A stretch of 64,000 nucleotides of DNA. It comes from a virus. Both the position numbers and the translations under genes were made by a program. A model generated the notes under the pieces. That model saw nothing but the letters and a program-made list of their open reading frames with translations, was not told where the DNA came from and searched no databases. Location: the IMG/VR virus record IMGVR_UViG_3300043427_001796; one strand, 5' to 3'. Numbering within the stretch: the first letter of the stretch is position 1; the number at the start of each line of letters is the position of its first letter. Of this stretch, positions 29,729 to 38,400 are shown in pieces.

Positions 29729-29815
29729 TTTGGACTCCAGCAAGGTGCTTGCTAGGATATAAACAACTGACGCCTCCCTCTGCGGAAAGAGTAACCATCA
29801 GGTCAGTGTCCAAAT
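29728..29815 (+). ncRNA. candidate structured ncRNA between tRNAs
   Basis: ATTTGGAC/GTCCAAAT closing stem with AGCAAG/CTTGCT and ACTGAC/GTCAGT arms. Confidence 0.55.
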
Positions 29816-29820
29816 TATAT

Positions 29821-29902
29821 GTCGCTGTGGCGGAATTGGTAGACGCGCTGGGTTTAGGTTCCAGTGAATTAATTCGTGGAGGTTCAAGTCCTCTCAGCGA
29901 CA
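29821..29902 (+). tRNA. tRNA-Leu (TAG)
   Basis: Cloverleaf with long variable arm. Confidence 0.92.
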
Positions 29903-29905
29903 TTT

Positions 29906-29997
29906 GGAGGATTGGCAGAGTTAGGTTTAATGCAGGAGATTGCTAATCTCCCGATGTCTTCTATGGGCATCCGTTGGTTCAAATCCAACATCCTCCG
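29906..29997 (+). tRNA. tRNA-Ser (GCT)
   Basis: GGAGA-TTGCTAA-TCTCC, long variable arm. Confidence 0.92.
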
Positions 29998-30003
29998 CCT
30001 CAT

Positions 30004-30078
30004 TCTGAGGTAGCCAAGTGGTAAGGCAGCGGGTTTTGGTCCCGCCATTCGTGGGTCCGAATCCTACCCTCAGAACCA
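30004..30078 (+). tRNA. tRNA-Gln (TTG)
   Basis: GCGGG-TTTTGGT-CCCGC, encoded CCA, variant T-loop TCCGAAT. Confidence 0.85.
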
Positions 30079-30079
30079 A

Positions 30080-30151
30080 GGGTCTGTAACTCAACGGTAG
30101 AGTAACGGGCTTTTAACCTGGAAGTTGTGGGTTCAAATCCCACCAGACCCA
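30080..30151 (+). tRNA. tRNA-Lys (TTT)
   Basis: Cloverleaf, loop CT-TTT-AA. Confidence 0.9.
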
Positions 30152-30153
30152 TT

Positions 30154-30225
30154 GGAACCGTAGCTCAGTGGTAGAGCACTCGGCTGATAACCGAGCGGTC
30201 ACAAGTTCAAATCTTGTCGGTTCCA
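30154..30225 (+). tRNA. tRNA-Ile (GAT)
   Basis: CTCGG-CTGATAA-CCGAG. Confidence 0.93.
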
Positions 30226-30226
30226 C

Positions 30227-30255
30227 TTGACAACCATCCATCCTTATGGTATGAT
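30227..30255 (+). promoter_or_regulatory. sigma70-like promoter inside the tRNA array
   Basis: TTGACA-N17-TATGAT. Confidence 0.65.
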
Positions 30256-30270
30256 TGTCTTATCCCGAAA

Positions 30271-30345
30271 GGGACTGTCGCCTATAGGTTAAGGCCCACT
30301 GCTTATAACGGTGTGAACGGAGTTCAAGTCTCCGCAGTCCTACCA
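30271..30345 (+). tRNA. tRNA-Ile (TAT)
   Basis: CACTG-CTTATAA-CGGTG, encoded CCA. Confidence 0.88.
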
Positions 30346-30346
30346 A

Positions 30347-30430
30347 GCGAGTATGGTGGAATCGGTAGACACACCAGACTTAAAATCTGTTGGGGGCAAC
30401 CCCGTGGGAGTTCAAGTCTCCCTGCTCGCA
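30347..30430 (+). tRNA. tRNA-Leu (TAA)
   Basis: Loop CT-TAA-AA, long variable arm, no intron. Confidence 0.92.
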
Positions 30431-30464
30431 TCCACACTAAATAACCTTGTGTGGAAATTCAAAC

Positions 30465-30734
30465 ATGAAATACCATCTATCACAATCTTATGTCTTCTAC
30501 ATGGGGGAAGTGGTGAGAATGTATTTCATACAGGGTATTCCTTATACATTTGATGAACTTCCTCAAATTATACAGGATCACCCATCAGTTCAAACACAAG
30601 CATTGTCCAATCGTGACTATGATGATGAAGACATGTATTTGGCATCTAATTATTTGGTGACAGAAGCAGCACATCCACTTATGTTTGAACTGGAAGTAGA
30701 CGATCCAGAACTTTTACCTAAAGATGATTCATGA
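30465..30734 (+). CDS. conserved hypothetical protein
   Basis: VVRMYFIQGIPYTFDELP; CTAAATA late-type box upstream. Confidence 0.7.
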   Translation: MKYHLSQSYVFYMGEVVRMYFIQGIPYTFDELPQIIQDHPSVQTQALSNRDYDDEDMYLASNYLVTEAAHPLMFELEVDDPELLPKDDS

Positions 30735-31224
30735 ATTTCGTAATCGCTTAATTGGCACATTTGAGAACAAACGTCAAGCATTTCGTAATCCTTCTCGGTT
30801 TGCGTATGTTAGAATTGTTCACAAGGATGTGGATGGATCTCTGATCTATGGCGAGCAAGCATACCACTATATGCTAAACTCTCCATATCGGAAGTTTGTC
30901 CTAGAACCAGTTGAAGATAACGGAAGACTAGTAATTAAAAATTACTCAGTGATTGATCATAATCTTCCCATCACGAAAGATAATCTCTCCTATCGTGATG
31001 GTTGTGACATCTATTTTAATCTAATTGATGATGTCTTTGTTGGATCCTCAGAAGGATGTAATTGCGTCGTGATGAGAGGAGGTAAGGAAACTTACTTCAC
31101 AACAAAAGCACAGATTGGACCAAACTATTATCATGTTATTGATCGTGGTTTTGATCCAGTCAGCAAGAAACAAATCTGGGGAACTGAATATGGTCCCTTT
31201 GAATTTTCTAAACTCTCTATATAA
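30724..31224 (+). CDS. cpeT: CpeT/CpcT-type bilin lyase
   Basis: F.N.RQAF.NP, EQAY....PYR, DRGFD...QIWG...GPFEF. Confidence 0.88.
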   Translation: MIHEFRNRLIGTFENKRQAFRNPSRFAYVRIVHKDVDGSLIYGEQAYHYMLNSPYRKFVLEPVEDNGRLVIKNYSVIDHNLPITKDNLSYRDGCDIYFNLIDDVFVGSSEGCNCVVMRGGKETYFTTKAQIGPNYYHVIDRGFDPVSKKQIWGTEYGPFEFSKLSI

Positions 31225-31244
31225 TTTGGAAGACGGTAAAAGTT

Positions 31245-31715
31245 ATGGACTACCCAGACCCGTATAAACCAGTTCTAGTATTGAATAGTTCTTACGAACC
31301 AATCAACATCACAAATTGGAAACGAGCAATCGTTCTACTTCTCAAAAATAAAGCACATATGCTCTCTAAGAGAGTTATCAGACTAGTTAATTACATTGCT
31401 CTCCCTCTTAAAAAGATGAGAGTAACACAACCAACTCGTAAGATGATTTACCAACGAGATGACAACAAATGTCAGTATTGTGGATCAACCAGACATCTTA
31501 CAATTGATCATGTAATTCCTAGATCTAAAGGTGGCGGGGATACGTGGGAAAACATGGTGGTTGCCTGTTCGTCATGTAATACGAAAAAAGGTGATAAATA
31601 TCTTGAACAAACTGGTATGAAATTGGCGAAAAATCCTAGAGCACCCATCAACACCATGTTTTTATCTTTAGAAAAATCTAAGGATCCAGAGTGGACAGAA
31701 TACGTCTTCATGTGA
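31245..31715 (+). CDS. HNH endonuclease (McrA-like)
   Basis: VLVLNSSYEP, RDDNKCQYCG..TIDHVIPRSKGG..WEN.V.AC..CN..K. Confidence 0.92.
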   Translation: MDYPDPYKPVLVLNSSYEPINITNWKRAIVLLLKNKAHMLSKRVIRLVNYIALPLKKMRVTQPTRKMIYQRDDNKCQYCGSTRHLTIDHVIPRSKGGGDTWENMVVACSSCNTKKGDKYLEQTGMKLAKNPRAPINTMFLSLEKSKDPEWTEYVFM

Positions 31716-31768
31716 TATAATATGAGAGGGAATACAAAAGGTCCGAATAGCAGGACGCCCTCTTTCTT

Positions 31769-31840
31769 GCCTAATTAGCTCAGTGGTAGAGCACTCGCCT
31801 TGTAAGCGAGCGGTCGTCAGTTCAAGTCTGACATTAGGCT
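31769..31840 (+). tRNA. tRNA-Thr (TGT)
   Basis: CTCGC-CTTGTAA-GCGAG. Confidence 0.93.
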
Positions 31841-31842
31841 CT

Positions 31843-32018
31843 TGGTAGTCCTTAGCGATTAACCATGATCTCCAGATGCCATTTGGTAGTTTCCTTAGTC
31901 TGGGGTGATATAAAGGGTCAAACTACCTGTAGGAACCAAAACCTCTCCTTGGTCTTAGTATTCTGTGACCAAGTGAAGTAAAGAGGGGGGCTTAAGGTGA
32001 TGCTCCCCCCTCCTACCA
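31843..32018 (+). ncRNA. candidate structured ncRNA(s) between tRNA-Thr and tRNA-Ala
   Basis: Stems GGTAGTTT/AAACTACC, GTAGGA/TCCTAC, CTTGGTC/GACCAAG, CCTCT/AGAGG; no ORF. Confidence 0.6.
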
Positions 32019-32021
32019 CAA

Positions 32022-32094
32022 GGGGAATTAACTCAGTTGGTAGAGTATCTGCTTTGCAAGCAGGCTGTCAGCGGTTCAAGTCCGCTATTCTCCA
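32022..32094 (+). tRNA. tRNA-Ala (TGC)
   Basis: G3:U70 pair, loop TT-TGC-AA. Confidence 0.93.
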
Positions 32095-32095
32095 T

Positions 32096-32137
32096 GGGTA
32101 GTTTGCGCCGGAAAGATAAACCGGAATGCCGCTACCC
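32096..32137 (+). ncRNA. candidate small structured RNA
   Basis: GGGTAG/CTACCC stem enclosing a CCGG/CCGG hairpin. Confidence 0.45.
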
Positions 32138-32142
32138 TTTAA

Positions 32143-32214
32143 TCCTCTGTAGCTCAGCGGTAGAGCGAGCGGCTGTTAACCGCTTGGTCGCAAGTTCGAT
32201 CCTTGCCGGGGGAG
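32143..32214 (+). tRNA. tRNA-Asn (GTT)
   Basis: AGCGG-CTGTTAA-CCGCT. Confidence 0.93.
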
Positions 32215-32230
32215 TTGTTAACAATTTATT

Positions 32231-32404
32231 ATGAAAATTAATCTTTGGTATTGCGAATCTTTTAAAGAATGGAGATGGACTTTAACTGATGATCATCGTC
32301 CTATTGTAAAACAGGAATCTGGTAGCAGACCTTTTTTGAGAGACGCTATGAATGATATCGCAAACACTGTAGAATACATGATATCATCTCAGCAAAATAT
32401 TTGA
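32231..32404 (+). CDS. small hypothetical protein (not in ORF track)
   Basis: MKINLWYCESFKEWRWTL..., 57 aa. Confidence 0.6.
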   Translation: MKINLWYCESFKEWRWTLTDDHRPIVKQESGSRPFLRDAMNDIANTVEYMISSQQNI

Positions 32405-32410
32405 CACTGG

Positions 32411-32418
32411 TATAAATA
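32411..32418 (+). promoter_or_regulatory. T4-type late promoter
   Basis: TATAAATA upstream of the giant structural gene. Confidence 0.75.
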
Positions 32419-32449
32419 ACTCAGAAGAATTACCAGTAGCGCAATAATT

Positions 32450-35400
32450 ATGTCTCTTACAAGACTTGATAATCTGTATTCCAGCAAAACTGGAAAGTAT
32501 CTGTATGTCTCTCCCGACGACTTTAACGCTACGGATACATTAGATAACAGAGGAAACTCACCACTCCGTCCATTCAAGACCATTCAAAGAGCATTCTTAG
32601 AAGTATCTCGCTTCTCATATCAGCCTGGTGCTAATAATGATCGTTTTGATCAATTCAGCATCATGCTTATGCCTGGTGATCACTATATTGATAATAGACC
32701 AGGACTAGTTAATTACAGTATCAATGGTAGTAATCAAAATAAAAATAGATATTACGATGCTGGTAATTTAATTGAATTAAACAGAGAATTTATTGCAAAT
32801 GAAGCATATGCAAAGATGCTCAATGCAAATCCTGGATTTCTACCATCTACTGGAACCGTAGAAAATTTTATTAATAATGTTGCTGAAGTAATTGACTCGA
32901 TCATTTACAATATTAAATTTGGCGGCAACGATAAAACTTTTGATGCATCTTTAGTATATCAAGATAACGCCACTTTATTTCAAAATGAACAGGCAGAATT
33001 ATTAGAAATTTATGAAAATGCAGCTGAAATTGCTACCTCAATAATTAAGCAAGAAATTATTATAACGTTATATCAAACTACATACACACAATCTTTCGAC
33101 CCATCAATTTCTGTGGGACCATCTGAATCCGGAGCAACGACACCGGATATTCCTTATGGTCAATTAGAAACATGTGCTGATGTTACAAGTGATTTAAATA
33201 CATTATTTGATATTATTGCTTCTGGTATTAATCAAATTTTAGATTTAGGTGATCGCACAGAACCAGAAACTTTTGGTGAACTTCCTATCTTTAATTTTAA
33301 CCAGGCAACTGGACAGTGGGAAGATAATTCCATCATAGATTTAAGAAGTCCAGACAATATCTATTGGAAGTTCAATGCTTCTACTGGTGGTGCAATTGTT
33401 CCTAGAGGTTGCTCACTGGTTGGATATGATCTTCGTAGAACTATTGTAAGACCACTCTATGTTCCTGATCCATCTGATGGAACACAAGAAAGAACATCAA
33501 TATTTAATTTAACTGGTGGTTGTTATATTTGGCAGTTTACAATTAAAGACGGAGACCTCTCTTCAAATTCTCCATTGTATGATTCTGCCGATAAAGTTGG
33601 TAAAGTATATTACCAAAAAGGAAATGTTACTAATTTAGCTGTTCCTGAATATTCACACCACAAAATCTGCATTATGGAATATGCAGAAAATTTTGAATTA
33701 GATGCTTATTATAAAAAAGTTGCCGTTGCGTTTTCAAAATATCAACCAACTATTGATGATCCTGGTGAATTTGATGTATTGGTTCAGGAAAATAGAATTG
33801 TTGGACCTCTTTCGGATACAACTTTTATCGAAAGTATTAAACCAGTAGATACCAACTTAGGTGAACCCAATCAAAAATTAGTATTAAATGTAACAACTAA
33901 AGTTAATCATGGTTATTTTAAGGATCAGTATGTTGCAGTATTAAATCTTGGTTTAGACGAAGAGTTAAACGGCACATTTAAAGTAGCAAGCATTGATGCT
34001 AATAATCCCAAAGTATTCACTTACGAAATTCCTGGAAAGGTAGCAGCTGGATTAGGACTTACAAATAATGCTGTATATACATCAGGTTCCTCACTCAATT
34101 CAAATGCTGTAGTTCAAGCTGAAATTGACTCTGTTGAATCTGCATCTCCATATGTATTCAACTGTTCGATTCGTTCGATCTGGGGTCTATGCGGTATGTG
34201 GGCAAATGGATCCAAGTCAACTGGATTTAGATCCATGGTTGTCGCTCAATATACTGGTGTATCCCTGCAGAAAGACGATAGAGCATTCATTCGCTACGAT
34301 GAATTTACTAACACTTGGAATCAAGCATCGTTAACAGATGCCTTTGCTTCTGTTCCTTATCATGCAAAGGGCGATTCTTACTGGAAGGATGAATGGAGAA
34401 ACTTCCACATTCGTGCTTCAGATGATGCATTCGTTCAGTGTGTGTCTGTGTTTGCTGTGGGATTCTTTGACCACTTCTTGATGGAATCTGGTGGCGACAT
34501 GTCCATCACCAACTCCAACTCAAACTTCGGTAACACTTCACTTCACTCTGTAGGTCATAAAGGATACTCATTTAACCAGGATAAGGGTGGATATATTACT
34601 CATATTATCCCACCTCAGCAAATTGTTGGTGGATATCGCCCTACTATTTTTGGTGATTCTATTAATTCAACTGAAATTCCATACTATCCAATTGATGTTC
34701 CAACTTCAAACGATCCTGGTAATTTTACTCGTCTTTACTTAGGAACCAACGAAGCATATGATCCATCTAAAAAACCAGCCTCAACATTAAGTGGATACCG
34801 ACTTGGTGCTAGACCGGGAGAAAAATTATATGTTGAATTGGAACCAATTACTCCAGGTGGAAATAATTTATTTGAAGCAACTTTAACTCCAACAGGAATT
34901 GAAACGTATAATGTTTCTGTAAATTTCTTAAATCCTACTGGAATTACCATTAATCAGAGAGCACAGGATGCTTCTAATTTAATTGGATATAATAAACAAT
35001 TCATTCAAGATGAAGTGTATGGATATATTACCGCAAAATATCCCGATCTTTTGAATAATTCAAATATTGACATCCTTACATGTAAAAGAGATATTGGTTA
35101 TTATGTAGATGCTGTAGTTAAAGATTTGAGACTTGGGGGAAATGTTAATAGCGTTCAGACAGCAGAAGGATATTTTTCTGCAAATGAATTAATTTACATT
35201 GAAAATGAGTTAAGTGAAACAATTGATGCTCTTGGCGTAACAAAAGATTTTTGCCTCGCAGCAATGCGTAACTGGAATTACCTACTGACTGGATGCAAAA
35301 CTGAAACAAGCAGTAGTATTATTGAAGTCCCATCAACAAAGGGATTAGTTGTTGGTATGAAGGTTACTTCATACTCTTCTTACGATTCATTAACTCAGAC

Positions 35401-38400
35401 GGAACCAACTGGATCTCCAACTGCAACAATTCCACCCGGTTCTTATATTAGATCTATTATTGATGATACAAATATTGAAATTGGCGTAAAAGGATCTTAT
35501 AATTTTGGCGTGGATCCAGGTCAATATTTTAATCCATCCTCACAAACTAAGGTAGCAACACAGGAGTTAACTGGTGCAATTCTTTATTTTACATTAAGAG
35601 ACGAAACTGAATTTACATCATATCCAAATGGACCTGTTGCCGTAAGAGATGGTATTTTCTCAACTGAAAGAACTATCTATGATGATACTATCCCTAAAGA
35701 TACAGTTAATGTATTAAATAATGAAACTGAATACGACGACATTGAAACAATTATTGATGGATATTTTGTAGACATTACAAGTATTTTATCTTCAGATCCA
35801 GAAAATGCTGGTGTCGATAAAATTGAACCAACTACAGACTTCTCGGTTCTTTCTAGGAGAGCAACACTCTTCACTATAGTTGGTGGACAAGCTCACCAAA
35901 TGGAAACAGGAACAGCTGTTCGTCTTTCTCCAAAACCTGCTCCAGGAACTAATCCAGATCCTAGAGTTATTCGCCTACCAAAAGGATTTAATACTAATAC
36001 AACATATTATGTAATTGCTCCAGGAAGAAAAACTTCTCCGGAAGATTTCTCAAGCACCACAATTTTCGATGGATCTGATCAACAGGTCTTCTTACTTGCA
36101 ACAACTTTAGAAAATGCAAAAGCAGGTAATTATATTTACTCTCCAGAAACTGATTCAATAAATCCTGATGTAGTAATTGAAGTAAACAAATATATTTTAG
36201 ATGCACAATATGATTTATATCAATATATAACTTCTGTATCTACAGATGCAGGAACTGGTGTATTAAAAACTTCAGTCTCACACTCATTTGATATTCCTTC
36301 TGACTCTATTGATCCAATTGATCACCAAAAAGTATTCTTTAGACCAATTAATGGATCAAATTTACCTGTAAGAACTATTTCTGTTGCTGGTGTAACTACT
36401 CAAGTAACTTTAGATCCCCAAGATGAATTTTGGGTTAGATATTATAGTCCAAATGAATTTACAATTTATACATCATACGATGATTCCAAAAATGATGTAA
36501 ATCGTGTTGTTTTAAATGGAAATCTTACATTTTTAACATATTCAAATAAGAGATTTTCTCCACTGAGATTTGAACCAAAACCAACTAGTAATCAATCTGT
36601 CAGAAATTCAACTGGACAGTGGTATTTACGTTGTGTGGACGAAATTAGTGATGAAGATAATGAAAATACAAATCATATTTTGTATAGATTTAATTCTGGC
36701 AATGTATATTCCGGACCAAATCCTGGAGAGGTCAGGACATCCGATACATTCTTTGAAAGAGTTAATGATGATAGAATTAAAGAAGATAGAATTTACAAAC
36801 TTAGATATGTAATTCCAAAATATCTAGAGACAGTTAGAGATCCATTAAATGGATTTGTATTAAAAATCAGAACAGACAACAAACGAAGATTATTACCACA
36901 AAAAATTGTACTCAAACCAATTATTTCCGATAGTCACTTAGAGGAAGCTGGGTATTCTTCTTCGTCAATTGCCAAATTTTTAAATAATTCTGGCATAAAT
37001 CCAGATTTTGATAATACAGATGAGCAAATTGGTTGGGATAGAAAAACATATGGGAGTATTATAGAACCTAAATATGATCCATATAGTAATCCAAAAGTTG
37101 TAGAGACTAAAAACGGAAAAATTGCTTTTACTATTCAATCAGCAAAAATTATTTCCCAAGATAATGGAAGCGGAACAAACTTTAGTTACTTAGAAGTTGT
37201 TGCTTTTGACCACACTATTTTAAATCAAGCAATTAAGAATGAAAAATTTACAATAGTTAAAATTGAACCCCCACAGGGTTCAGTTGGAATTTTCTCCGCA
37301 AATGCCACTTCAAATACCAATGGAAATTTAATTCAATGGTCTGGGCATAGTTCTGGCACTGGTTATTTACACGGATATTTTACAACATCTGATAAACCAT
37401 TTACATCAAGTTCTGTAACTAATCAAGATCATTATTTAATAATTAAAAATATTACTGATGGTGAAATCAATTTCAGTAAAATAAATCAAACGACGTTTTT
37501 CCAGGGAGGTTCTACACCTCTTGGATCTACAGTGTTTGCAAAACTTCTAGCAAAACCAGATAGCGTGGGTGATGCAAATGGAAATAGTAAGTCATTAAAG
37601 AGTGATTATCTTTACTCCCTTAAAGGATCAAATGTATTCACTCTAGTGCCCGGCGACATTGTTTCCGATGACACTGGAGCAGAATTTTATATTGATAGTG
37701 TAGAAGATGTTGGAGAAATTGAAGATACATTCTACATTTTTGATATTGAAGAAATTAAGGAAAGAATTCCCGGACAACAAGATGGTATTTACTATCTAAC
37801 TTGTCTGAAAGGAAATGTTTCTCCGTTCCCAACAGGTCCAGGTGTTGGAAATAATTTCAGAAACTTTAAATTCTCGCAACCAGTAGCATACATTTATCCA
37901 CAAAATTACAAAGATGATCCTTTATGGTATGAAAAATTAGATTCTGATTATTATGGTGATGAAATTAATGATCCTCCAGCATCATACTCTGCTGCCGATA
38001 ATTATGTTCATGGATTAGTTACTGTTAACAACTCAAAATTCAGTTCCACGAAGGAAGCAGTAACATTTTTAGTTAATAGTCCAGCACTTAATGAATATGA
38101 ATATGATGAATATGTTGATGTTGCTCCAGAATATTCTGTTGACGCTAGATTGAGGGCACAAGTTGGAAATGCTGAATCTGGATCTGAAGATAGACTCATT
38201 CCAATTAGAGGAACCTCGCTGTTTCCAACAGAAGAAAGACTCTATGTAGAACTTCGTAGACCATCTATTGCTCGTTCTGGAAACCACACCTTTGAGTATC
38301 TTGGATTTGGTCCTGGTAACTACTCAACTGGTTTCCCACTACGTCAGGAAGTTATTCTTACTGATAAGCAAGACTTCTATGCTCAGGCAAAGAGAGAGGA

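Noticed and set aside
29728-29815. Hammerhead ribozyme
   Set aside because: Lacks a correctly placed CUGAnGA/GAAA catalytic core.
30347-30430. Group I intron in tRNA-Leu(UAA)
   Set aside because: The anticodon loop is intact and the gene is of normal length.
29688-30553. ORFs overlapping the tRNA array
   Set aside because: They translate tRNA sequence; the cloverleaf structures explain the region.
31245-31715. IscB/Cas9-like OMEGA nuclease
   Set aside because: Only 156 aa, with no RuvC motifs, bridge helix or IS ends; kept only as a weak IshB-like hypothesis.
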